This document shows positions 21,937 through 33,398 of a DNA stretch of 64,000 bases, piece by piece. The notes below the pieces were generated by a model. It made no database searches. It was not told the origin of the DNA and saw only the letters and a program-made list of their open reading frames with translations. The position numbers and the translations under genes are program-made. The stretch's first letter is position 1, and every line of letters starts with the position of its first letter. Origin of the DNA: an uncultured delta proteobacterium (GTDB lineage: Bacteria; Desulfobacterota; Desulfuromonadia; Geobacterales; Pseudopelobacteraceae); assembly GCA_963772835.1 (NCBI GenBank), contig CAVYYZ010000012.1:160001-224000 (forward strand), given 5' to 3'.

Positions 21937-22281
21937 GTGGCAGATAAGCGTGATATCAGACGCATCAGGAAGCGCCTTTCGATTCGTTTTGGCATCGAAG
22001 ATGCGTCCAGAGTGGCGTTTACAGAAGATGTTTCAATGACCGGCATGTTTATCAAAACTCCCAACATTGTCCCTCCTAACTCAAAAATTAAAATAGAGTT
22101 CGTCCTCCCGGACGGGCCTAAAGTCGAGCTTGAAGCGCGAGTCATGTGGGCTAAAAAAGTGCCGCAGAATCTTTTTCATCTTGTCAAGAAAAGCGGGATG
22201 GGAGTTCGGTTTTTAAGTTTTTTTTCCGGTGAAGAAGCCTTTGATGAGTTTTTCGAAAGCATCGCAATACCACGCGACTAG
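21937..22281 (+). CDS. Single-domain PilZ c-di-GMP receptor
   Basis: RxxxR (KRDIRR) and DxSxxG (DVSMTG) motifs, GMGVRF; GGAGG SD before GTG 21937. Confidence 0.85.
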   Translation: MADKRDIRRIRKRLSIRFGIEDASRVAFTEDVSMTGMFIKTPNIVPPNSKIKIEFVLPDGPKVELEARVMWAKKVPQNLFHLVKKSGMGVRFLSFFSGEEAFDEFFESIAIPRD

Positions 22282-22377
22282 AAAGGTGGAACGTGCTTCC
22301 TGCGGTGTTTTGCAGAAAATCTGTTTGCTGACACACGTATTCTGTGTATCCGTTTCCGCTACAGGGGTTTTATTGGT

Positions 22378-23469
22378 ATGTGCAGAAAAATATTCATAGG
22401 GGCAACGGGGCAGCATTGCGGAAAGACGACCATCAGTCTTTCGCTGATGCATCTTGCACGCAAAAAGTACGCACGGGTCGGGTTCATGAAACCGCTCGGC
22501 CCCAAATGGATGGAGTTTAACGGCACAATCGTTGACAAAGATGCAGCCATGTTTTCCACTGTCTTTGGGGTTGAGGAGGATGTTGCACTCATGTCTCCGG
22601 TGACACTCGCCCCGGGAACAACACGCCGGTTTCTCGACGGTGAGATAGACTCGGAGTCACCCGCAAGGGAGATTCGCGCTGCCTGCGCCGAACTGGAGAA
22701 AAAGTATGATTTCCTGATTATAGAGGGTGCAGGCCATGGGGGGGTCGGTTCGGTTGTCGGGATGAACAATGCCCGAATAGCAGCTGAACTGAATGCGCCG
22801 GTACTATTGGTGACCGGTGGAGGTATCGGTAATGTTATTGATGCCGTTGAACTAAATCTTGCACTATATCAGCGTGAAAAAGCCGACGTACGGGTTATTA
22901 TGGCCAATAAACTGGTGCCGGATAAAAGAGCTGATTCCCTTGAGTATTTACAGAAAGCTTTCGCCGGCAGCGGCATCCTGGTAACAAGTGCCTTTGATTA
23001 TCTACCGGTTCTCGCAGATCCGACGTTACTTCATGTTTCCGAACTTCTCGGTTTACCGCTTAATGGCGGTTCAACCGAACGGAGCCGCCTGTGCCATACA
23101 ATCCAGCTCGGCGCAGCTTCTTCGCAGATTGTAATTGATCATCTGGAAGCATCCACCCTGTTGATTGTTACCAGTTCGCGTGACGAGTTGATTGTTACGG
23201 CTTCGGCACTGCACCATATACCTGAATACAAAGAGCGACTCGCGGGGCTTATTATCGCCGGCCACGTACCGGTTTCCAATATAACCCAGCGAATCCTGGA
23301 CGATAGCAACATACCGTACATCCGCATTAAGGAGACCTCCTCGGAAACATTTTATCGTTTACGTGAGCACGTCTCAAAAATAGGTCCCGAAGATCTGGAG
23401 AAGATAAATCTGATAAACTCGATTGCTGAACGCTATATCGATTTTGATGCTATCGATGCCATGATTTGA
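22378..23469 (+). CDS. BioD-like P-loop ATPase with DRTGG domain (phosphotransacetylase N-terminal-like)
   Basis: GQHCGKTT, GFMKP, IIEGAGHGGVGSVVG..NA, C-terminal DRTGG-like region; no Pta catalytic domain. Confidence 0.8.
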   Translation: MCRKIFIGATGQHCGKTTISLSLMHLARKKYARVGFMKPLGPKWMEFNGTIVDKDAAMFSTVFGVEEDVALMSPVTLAPGTTRRFLDGEIDSESPAREIRAACAELEKKYDFLIIEGAGHGGVGSVVGMNNARIAAELNAPVLLVTGGGIGNVIDAVELNLALYQREKADVRVIMANKLVPDKRADSLEYLQKAFAGSGILVTSAFDYLPVLADPTLLHVSELLGLPLNGGSTERSRLCHTIQLGAASSQIVIDHLEASTLLIVTSSRDELIVTASALHHIPEYKERLAGLIIAGHVPVSNITQRILDDSNIPYIRIKETSSETFYRLREHVSKIGPEDLEKINLINSIAERYIDFDAIDAMI

Positions 23470-23580
23470 CCCGTACAGCCTCCCGGCACTTCTACAAAAA
23501 ACCCACCAAAATATGTAAACGACTTATTATGTCGTATCCTGATGATACACTCCACTCATTCGATTAACGAGGGAGTGCAT

Positions 23581-23775
23581 ATGGAAGCGATCATGATAGC
23601 AGGAGTTGCCGTTGTAGCGGTCAGTGGCTGGTACTCAGCCTTCGATCTGCTGACAGACATGGGGATTCGGGTCAGTAAACGAAGCGCCACTGACAGTAAG
23701 AGCTGCGATTTTTCACGCGCCTGTCGTGTTGCGACGCAGAGAAGAGTCAAGCAGATGGCGGGGGTGAACGTTTGA
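23581..23775 (+). CDS. Putative small membrane protein (64 aa)
   Basis: GAGGGAG SD, N-terminal hydrophobic helix; 3' end overlaps ttcA on the opposite strand. Confidence 0.45.
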   Translation: MEAIMIAGVAVVAVSGWYSAFDLLTDMGIRVSKRSATDSKSCDFSRACRVATQRRVKQMAGVNV

Positions 23776-24507
23776 AAGGGCTTTCAGCAGACTGCTCTTG
23801 ACATGCGGAATCTCGATTTGTAAATCCTTGAGCAACCGTTTCATCCGCTTACGCTGCATGTCCGCGGTGCCGCACACCGGACAGCAACAGCAGACAACCG
23901 GCAGTTTCATCTGACGGGAAAAAGTGACAATATCTTCCTCCGCGAGATAGACAAGCGGTCTGATTACGGTAATTATGCCGTTATCAGCCAGCATGGATGC
24001 AGACATCGACTTGAGGGAGCCGACAAAAAACTGGTTAAGCAGCAGGGTCTCAATAAAATCGTCCTGATGATGGCCGAGTGCCAGCTTATTGCACCCCATC
24101 GTCTGGGCGGCTTCGTAAAGCTCTCCCCTCTTAAGCCGCGAGCAGATCGAGCAGTACGATGATCCCGGCCGGCGTTTTTCCTTAATTATGGAGTAGTGCT
24201 CAGTGGGCACCATCCTGTAGGAAAAACCGTGTTCCCTGAAGAAAGCCTCAATAACATCGGTGCGGTAACCGGGGTATCCGGAATCGATATTGACAGCGAC
24301 CAGTTCAAATGACACCGGGGCCCTTCTTCGCAGTTCCTCCAGTACGAGAAGCATCGTGTAGGAGTCCTTGCCTCCAGAAACCGCCACCGCGATACGATCT
24401 CCCTCCTCGATCAGGCCGAAGTCAGAGATGGCTTTGCCAACACCATGACGCAGCTTCCTGAATAGCCGAAGATCCGTACATTCTGATGGATTTTTCGCAT
24501 CACGCAT
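23713..24507 (-). CDS. ttcA: tRNA 2-thiocytidine(32) synthetase
   Basis: PP-loop AVSGGKDS, CSICSRLKRG, ALGHHQDD, IRPL, C-terminal Cys cluster CCCCPVC. Confidence 0.93.
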   Translation of the reverse strand: MRDAKNPSECTDLRLFRKLRHGVGKAISDFGLIEEGDRIAVAVSGGKDSYTMLLVLEELRRRAPVSFELVAVNIDSGYPGYRTDVIEAFFREHGFSYRMVPTEHYSIIKEKRRPGSSYCSICSRLKRGELYEAAQTMGCNKLALGHHQDDFIETLLLNQFFVGSLKSMSASMLADNGIITVIRPLVYLAEEDIVTFSRQMKLPVVCCCCPVCGTADMQRKRMKRLLKDLQIEIPHVKSSLLKALSNVHPRHLLDSSLRRNTTGA

Positions 24508-24517
24508 GTTCACCGCT

Positions 24518-25615
24518 TCAAACCCGCTCAAGAAAATTCCGCACCAAAGGTGCAAAGGTTTCATGTTCCAACAGGAACGCGTCGTGACCGTAAGCCGACG
24601 TGATCAGATGATACTCGACACTTTTCCCGAGATCCCTGCAGCAGGTGACCATCTCTTCCGTTTGATAGGGAGGATAAAGCCAATCAGAGCTGAAGGCATA
24701 AAACTGGATCGGCGCCTGAACCTGTGTAAAAGCCTCCGCCATTGATTCATATCCCCAGGCAACATCATAGAGATCGAGTGATTTTGCAAGATACAGAAAA
24801 GAGTTGGCATCGAAGCGATCGACAAAACTATATCCGTTGTAATTCAGATAGCGCTCTACCTCAAACTGACCGAAGAAATCGAACTGTCCGTCCCGGGCTG
24901 AAAACCGTCGTCCAAATTTGGCGTTCATCGATTCATCTGAAAGAAACGTAATATGCCCGATTCCACGGGCCAGAGCCAGTCCGTCCTTGGGATTGTGTTT
25001 ATATTCTCCCTTACGCCAGGTGGGATCATTAAAAATGGCCCAACGGGCAACAGCATTGAGTGAAATAGCCTGCGGCGAAGGACTGGGAGTTGTTGCCAGA
25101 ACAATTGCCGAAGCAATGCTGTCAGGGTACTGCGTGGACCATTCAAGGGCCTGCATGCCGCCCATGCTACCTCCCATGACCGTCAGCAGACGCCCGATGC
25201 CGAGTGCATCAATCAGTAATTTTTGAGCACGAACCATGTCGCGGATAGTAACTACAGGAAAAGAAAGGTTATAGCGTTTACCGGTTTTAGGATTGATTGA
25301 GGTGGGGCCGGTGGAACCAAAACAGGAGCCGATGACATTTGAGCAGATGACAAAATAACGGTCGGTATCGAGCAGACGGCCAGGGCCGACGATGGCATCC
25401 CACCATCCGGGCTTTGTTTCCGACTCGTCCCGTTTTCCAGCCAGATGCGCATCACCGGTCCAGGCATGTTCGACCAGAATTGCGTTGGTTTTCGACGCAT
25501 TAAGTGTGCCGTACGTTTCATAAACCAGTGTAATCGGCGCCAGTATCCGCCCGCTGTCCAACCGGATGCCGGCTTCAAAGGTTTTGGATTGTTCTGTTAT
25601 GTAAATTTCAGACAT
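24518..25615 (-). CDS. metX: Homoserine O-acetyltransferase
   Basis: [21 protein letters not shown] nucleophile, YGHDAFLLE; real start MSEIY at 25615 below the riboswitch. Confidence 0.94.
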   Translation of the reverse strand: MSEIYITEQSKTFEAGIRLDSGRILAPITLVYETYGTLNASKTNAILVEHAWTGDAHLAGKRDESETKPGWWDAIVGPGRLLDTDRYFVICSNVIGSCFGSTGPTSINPKTGKRYNLSFPVVTIRDMVRAQKLLIDALGIGRLLTVMGGSMGGMQALEWSTQYPDSIASAIVLATTPSPSPQAISLNAVARWAIFNDPTWRKGEYKHNPKDGLALARGIGHITFLSDESMNAKFGRRFSARDGQFDFFGQFEVERYLNYNGYSFVDRFDANSFLYLAKSLDLYDVAWGYESMAEAFTQVQAPIQFYAFSSDWLYPPYQTEEMVTCCRDLGKSVEYHLITSAYGHDAFLLEHETFAPLVRNFLERV

Positions 25616-25648
25616 AAAAAAGCCCTTCACATAATATGAGAAGGGGCT
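25616..25648 (-). terminator. Riboswitch expression-platform hairpin (terminator and/or SD sequestrator)
   Basis: Minus strand AGCCCCTTCTCAT..ATGTGAAGGGCT-TTTTT directly before the metX ATG; the stem contains the GAAGGG SD-like sequence. Confidence 0.65.
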
Positions 25649-25668
25649 GGCAAAAATACGCAGCACAC

Positions 25669-25768
25669 CTCTCATCTTTGCCTTTCGGCAGGAATTAGCA
25701 CCTGGCGTCATAATGACCGGTTGCTGTGGCTTCGCAGGGCCTTTTCCCTCCACCACTCTCGATAAGCA
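25669..25768 (-). ncRNA. SAM-I (S-box) riboswitch
   Basis: Minus strand CTTATCGAGAGTGGTGGAGGGA..GGCCC..GAAGCC.CAGCAACC..GGTGCTAATTCC..AAGATGAG, upstream of metX. Confidence 0.95.
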
Positions 25769-25782
25769 GGTTTCTTTTTGAG

Positions 25783-25812
25783 ACGATACGAAATAACGCC
25801 TTATTTTGTCAA
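25783..25812 (-). promoter_or_regulatory. Putative sigma-70 promoter of the SAM-I leader
   Basis: TTGACA-18 nt-TATCGT shortly upstream of the aptamer. Confidence 0.55.
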
Positions 25813-25997
25813 TATAATTGAGTGCGCACCGCACTGTAGCGCCTCCCCGCCCGACACTCAATTTGAGTAGAAAAAACCCTGACTGTCTGGTATAGTTTTG
25901 GCTCGGTTTACTGAAAAGTAATAGATGCATTCGCGAAAAAGTTTTCTTAATCCTGATAAACTTATTTCTTACAGATTACGAACATGCGGGGTTTTTC

Positions 25998-27017
25998 ATG
26001 AAAAGATTCGTTGTTTGTTTACTTTTTGTTGCCGTGGCAATGCTCGGCTGTGCCCAGAATCATTTCAATATTTCTGTCGATAATTTCGCGGAAAAAGTTA
26101 AAGTTCTCGGGGTCGCACCGATTTTACTGGATGCCGGGTCCGACATCACCTACCCCCAAAAAGATCTGCTGATGCCGCTTATCTCTGATCTTAATCGAAG
26201 ATACGAGCCGTTGCTTGTGCGTAAAATCAAGGAGACCGGTAACTACTATGCGGTCACTCTGCTGACAGATGAACCGCAGCAGCTTTTCAGCACATTAATG
26301 GCGCGTCGGGAAAAACGAGATGATGCCGGAATTCAGTACAACAAATACTTTTTTAAAAATGATGAAATTGGTGCCTACATAAAGAAAAACCGTCTGGACG
26401 CGGTAATGGTGGTAGTCGTAAGCGGGCTGACCAAAACCAGTAAATTATATTCCAGCAATCTGCTGACGTCTCTTGAAACAGACTTCAATTTTTTGACGAT
26501 GACCGCCCAGATACTTGCTCCTGACGGTACAGTTCTGTGGGAGTACCCCAATTTTCGAGGACGGCTGTTGCCGTACTACCCGCTGGCCAACCTTCAATAT
26601 CCGGATTTCAGTGAGTCCGAAGCAAATCTGTCGCGAAAAACCGAGGTGCGCTTCAAGTCGCTTGACGGAATTCGCCGAACTCTCGAGCAGAAAAGAAACG
26701 ATTGGACCTTCCGTGAGACTACGGAACCTGAAGTCTATGGGAGATTGTTCGATGAAATAACTGCATTGATCAGACATTCAGTAGACAAAAAAAGAGCAGG
26801 TACAGTCGTTGAGGGCACACCTCAGTCGGCTCCGGAGGATGCATTGAAACCGGGTGAAGCCCCGGATAAAGCTGCCCCGACAGGGCCTGTACAAAACACT
26901 CCGACGGCACCGGCTCCTGCTGTCGAAACGCCAGCTGAATTGCCAGTGCAAAAAAACATTATTAATGCACCCGCTAATCGGCCGACCGGTCCGATCGAAA
27001 TAGTCCCGGCGACATGA
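25998..27017 (+). CDS. Hypothetical lipoprotein with Pro/Ala-rich C-terminal tail
   Basis: Signal peptide with lipobox MLGC; long ORF filling the gap. Confidence 0.75.
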   Translation: MKRFVVCLLFVAVAMLGCAQNHFNISVDNFAEKVKVLGVAPILLDAGSDITYPQKDLLMPLISDLNRRYEPLLVRKIKETGNYYAVTLLTDEPQQLFSTLMARREKRDDAGIQYNKYFFKNDEIGAYIKKNRLDAVMVVVVSGLTKTSKLYSSNLLTSLETDFNFLTMTAQILAPDGTVLWEYPNFRGRLLPYYPLANLQYPDFSESEANLSRKTEVRFKSLDGIRRTLEQKRNDWTFRETTEPEVYGRLFDEITALIRHSVDKKRAGTVVEGTPQSAPEDALKPGEAPDKAAPTGPVQNTPTAPAPAVETPAELPVQKNIINAPANRPTGPIEIVPAT

Positions 27018-27036
27018 CACCCACGAGCCTTTTATT

Positions 27037-27065
27037 TTGACATGACACGCGGATTTTGCGACAAT
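27037..27065 (+). promoter_or_regulatory. Putative sigma-70 promoter of hisZ-purA
   Basis: TTGACA-17 nt-GACAAT with extended TG. Confidence 0.6.
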
Positions 27066-27108
27066 CCGGCCTTTGCTGTTTACTAACTCCTGTTTAAATC
27101 AAGGATGC

Positions 27109-29711
<2,603 letters not shown>

Positions 29712-29733
29712 TTGGATTGGAAAACACACCGTA

Positions 29734-29773
29734 AACGTGGAAAGGCCGGCATCAATGCCGGCCTTTCCACGTT
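29734..29773. terminator. Perfect 19-bp inverted repeat between convergent purA and GH13 genes
   Basis: AACGTGGAAAGGCCGGCAT-CA-ATGCCGGCCTTTCCACGTT; only weak T-tracts. Confidence 0.7.
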
Positions 29774-29793
29774 CAAAGCCTCAATTCAGCGGA

Positions 29794-32700
29794 TCATCCC
29801 TTGGGGGTTTTTGCTTTTGAGATCCTCCGATTACCAGCCTTCTCAGACAGTTCGGTAAAAAGCCTGCTGCGGTAACCGACATCCTGAGCCAGCTTCATTC
29901 CCCGGGTGATAACGCGTTCTGCCTCCCCCATCCTCGTAGAAACAGCCCTGGCAGATACAGGCGTCGTACATTCATCTACCAGAAGCAATAGTGTCAGCCA
30001 CTCGTGCAGCTCCTCAAAACGTTCCTTGTTAAACCACGCAACGTTGTCACTGATATGATGCTGTAAAAATGCCCGACACGCTTCGAGTTCAAACAGCCCC
30101 TGCATCTGTTTCAGACTACCTGCATCAGCATCCCGCTCATCCGACCGCCACCACTGGAGCAGCGCAGAGAGCAGCTCGACAGCACAGCTGCTGAATTCCG
30201 GGTCACTCTCCCGCTGCAGATGCTTCAGCAGGGTGTAATCAAGCCCCCGACTGACCGGGTCAAGAGTCGTCTCACGCAGAATAAGCCAGGCCAGAAGCAG
30301 AGATCTGGCCGCTTGATCCGAGAATCCGGCGGTCAGCCGGAGCTGAAATGAGCGGGCATCGCTCGCTGTTGTCTTGTGACCACCAAGCGATGTAAAGCAC
30401 ACATACTTCTCAATAGCGACGCTCTTCTTCCGGGATATCTTCCGTGTAGCTTTGCCGGCGGCAGTACGTGGTTTGTCCCTCGGTTGTGCGTCCGGTTCGT
30501 CCGCATCAGCGCACGTCATAAACAGCCCAACGGCAAGCTGCAGTTCTGCATCCGTTGCGGCAGTTTCTCCTGATTCTTTCTCCTTTGCATGCAGCTCAAA
30601 GACGATACGGAATGCAGCATTTAACTCCGCATACCGCTGCTGCTTCCGTTCCTCCTCAAGAGAAATAACGCCCGTACCGTTCAGATGAGAATACAGCTGT
30701 TTCCATGAGCCATCCCGGTCATCACGGATCTCCCTGAAATTCATGAACACGTGGAATTGATATTCATCAAGTTCGACATACAGACCCTGCTCGCGCAGTT
30801 CACGACATGAACGGAGGTATTCCAATCCCTCCGTCTGGTCCCGGAACGCCAGATAAAAGCCCTCTTCACCTGCCGCGGCCAGTGCATCGGCAAGCGATGT
30901 TCTGTCGAGTCGGTTTTCTTCTCCTTCCCCGGTCACCAGAAATGAAGCCGATTCTCTGATCCAGCCGGAGGTTTTCGCGTGGCAGTTATGATAGAGCACC
31001 AGCGCCCTTTCTTCGCCAGCCCGGTTGGAATAGGCAAAGACATTTTCATCAACACGGTCGCCGGCATGGAAGTCATAGAGGACAAAGTTTTCCGATCCGG
31101 AAAAGAGCCGGCGGTGACGCAGCAGCGGGAAAATCCACATGTCATGGCCCCGTATCAATCCTTCATCAACCTGTTCATTCCAGTAGGCACGCTTATACTC
31201 CATGCCGTATTTCTCGTGGAAGCCCTCGATCTGTCCGTGACCGAACATCGGCAACCCGGGCATGGTTACCAGCAGTACGCAGGCACCGAAATATTTACCC
31301 TGTGAACCGAACTGAGCTACTGCTGTCTTTTCATCCGGATTGTTCATGAAATTGACGAACCGCTTGAGGATTTCGTGATTGAATTCCAGAACATTTTTGA
31401 TGGTGGTGCGATATTTTGCGTTCTCCTCAGCTTTGAGCATATTCATAAAAGCACTGTTGTACACGCGATGCATACCGAGTGTCCTGACGAAATATCCCTC
31501 CATCATCCAGAAGGCTTCTGCCAGCAGCAGTGTGCCGGGAGCCTCGACCGCCACACGGTCAACCACCTCGCGCCAGAATTCGATCGGGAATACGGCATCG
31601 AATTCCTCTTTGCTCATACCGTGCTCCGCACGCGACGGGACCCCACCGCCAAGGCCGCGCAGCGGAAACCAGAGGCGCTGGTAATGCTTCTTGGCAAGAG
31701 TCATGGCGGCGTCGAAGCGGATGATCGGAAAATTGCGCGCAACATGAAGAATAGTCTGAATGACTGATTCGCGCAGTTCGGGGATTAAATAATTGAGTTG
31801 GGCTGTGTCGTTCCAAGGGATACTGGTACCGTCGTTTCCGTGATAGATGTAGCGGGTGCGGCCGGTGGTGCGATCGTAATGTTTGAAAACCACGGCAGCG
31901 TCACTCTTGTTCCAGTATCCATCTTCGACCTGCAGGGACACATTTCTGTCGTGTGAAAGGTCCTCACCGGTAAATTGATACGTTGGAAACGGGGGGTAAT
32001 CGGTTTGAACGAACCAGTCCGGATGCTGTATCACCCAGCGGGAATAGATCCCTGTATGATTCGGCACCATATCGCTGGCCAGCCGGATACCGCGGCGGCC
32101 GGCGCGCTCCCTGAGGTTTGCCAGCGCTTCCCAGCCGCCAAGATCGGCGGCAACTTCATAATCGTAGAGCGAATAGGCCGAGGCGATAGCATCGGGGTTA
32201 CCACAAAGCTGCTTGATCCGCTGCGACGCGGGGGACCGTTCCCACAACCCGATCAGCCAGAGACCGGAGAAACCGCACGCCGCAAGCCGGTCAAGTTCTG
32301 CGTCAGGCACTTGATCAAGACGGGTTATCGGAATTCCATGGGTACTGCTCAGCTGGTCGAGCCAGATATAGACCATTTTAGCCATCAGGACGACATGCGC
32401 CATCCAGCCGGCATCAGGTGAGAAGTGCTCATACGCGGGGTAATCGAAACCGTGAAAAACGGCATTAGTCCCGGATTTTGCAGAATAATCAGCCGAAGGA
32501 TGTCCGGCTCGCCAAAACTCAAGGACAGGAGCCGGCCCCGGGTCTCCACCGCCACCACCACGTTCCCGCAGTTCCTCCTGCAGAATATCCAGGGCGACCT
32601 CGACCTCAACCAGCAGATCACGAGGCAGAACGTCACCCCACTGCCGGCGGAGGTAGGCTGCCTGACCGGCCAGAGAGTCGGGAGACGCAGTTATCGCCGC

Positions 32701-33339
32701 CATGAGAGCTTCGATCAGCGTACACCCTTTTTCGGCAAGAACAGGACCATCCTTCAGAGAGCGATCAACGGCATCAATTATGCTCGCGTAATGAGTCGAT
32801 GCAGCGAGAGTCCGGTCATCGACGAGGTCCCTGAAACTTTCGATAGCGGGATTGGCGGCCGCCAGCCGCAGGAGCAGCATTTCCCGCAGCACCTGATGAG
32901 TGCGAAGAGAGTTGTGTAGGCCATCGGCCAGCCAGAGGTCTGGCTTGACGCTCTTCTGCAGGACAGGGGTCGGCGGAAACAGCTCGATAAAACGCTGCGC
33001 CGTTGTCAGAAATCCACTCCCTGCCAGGTCGTATCCACCCGATTTCACTGCATTGATAAGGAGGGACGATTTCTGAGCACCTGCGACACCGTCGATAAGG
33101 AAACGCAATGCCTTCTGGAGAGAGGCAAACAGATTCAGCTCGCCGGCATGCACAACTGCGGAGTCGGGCGCATGAACGCTGTTCAGCTTGAGAGCCAGTT
33201 GCCGGAAAAATTGTATCTGCGGGATGCCGCGCTCTTTAATGCCGCTTGAAAGCGGGCCTAAACCGAGAGAACGCCAGTGGTGGTAGGTTATCTGGATGTC
33301 GTAGGGGAAATAAGGATCTGTACCGCTCGGATCTGTCAT
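29794..33339 (-). CDS. Large GH13 alpha-amylase-family glycoside hydrolase
   Basis: DMVPNH, RFDAAM (nucleophile), LAEAFW (acid/base), NNPDE; long N- and C-terminal extensions; alternative start TTG 33393. Confidence 0.85.
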   Translation of the reverse strand: MTDPSGTDPYFPYDIQITYHHWRSLGLGPLSSGIKERGIPQIQFFRQLALKLNSVHAPDSAVVHAGELNLFASLQKALRFLIDGVAGAQKSSLLINAVKSGGYDLAGSGFLTTAQRFIELFPPTPVLQKSVKPDLWLADGLHNSLRTHQVLREMLLLRLAAANPAIESFRDLVDDRTLAASTHYASIIDAVDRSLKDGPVLAEKGCTLIEALMAAITASPDSLAGQAAYLRRQWGDVLPRDLLVEVEVALDILQEELRERGGGGGDPGPAPVLEFWRAGHPSADYSAKSGTNAVFHGFDYPAYEHFSPDAGWMAHVVLMAKMVYIWLDQLSSTHGIPITRLDQVPDAELDRLAACGFSGLWLIGLWERSPASQRIKQLCGNPDAIASAYSLYDYEVAADLGGWEALANLRERAGRRGIRLASDMVPNHTGIYSRWVIQHPDWFVQTDYPPFPTYQFTGEDLSHDRNVSLQVEDGYWNKSDAAVVFKHYDRTTGRTRYIYHGNDGTSIPWNDTAQLNYLIPELRESVIQTILHVARNFPIIRFDAAMTLAKKHYQRLWFPLRGLGGGVPSRAEHGMSKEEFDAVFPIEFWREVVDRVAVEAPGTLLLAEAFWMMEGYFVRTLGMHRVYNSAFMNMLKAEENAKYRTTIKNVLEFNHEILKRFVNFMNNPDEKTAVAQFGSQGKYFGACVLLVTMPGLPMFGHGQIEGFHEKYGMEYKRAYWNEQVDEGLIRGHDMWIFPLLRHRRLFSGSENFVLYDFHAGDRVDENVFAYSNRAGEERALVLYHNCHAKTSGWIRESASFLVTGEGEENRLDRTSLADALAAAGEEGFYLAFRDQTEGLEYLRSCRELREQGLYVELDEYQFHVFMNFREIRDDRDGSWKQLYSHLNGTGVISLEEERKQQRYAELNAAFRIVFELHAKEKESGETAATDAELQLAVGLFMTCADADEPDAQPRDKPRTAAGKATRKISRKKSVAIEKYVCFTSLGGHKTTASDARSFQLRLTAGFSDQAARSLLLAWLILRETTLDPVSRGLDYTLLKHLQRESDPEFSSCAVELLSALLQWWRSDERDADAGSLKQMQGLFELEACRAFLQHHISDNVAWFNKERFEELHEWLTLLLLVDECTTPVSARAVSTRMGEAERVITRGMKLAQDVGYRSRLFTELSEKAGNRRISKAKTPKG

Positions 33340-33398
33340 GATGTTTCCAGTCGCGGAATGCCGGGATGTCAGAAATTGTGCAATCAGTACCAATGCTT

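Noticed and set aside
25616..25930. N-terminal extension of metX in the ORF track (470 aa)
   Set aside because: It runs through the SAM-I riboswitch and promoter; MetX-like sequence begins at 25615
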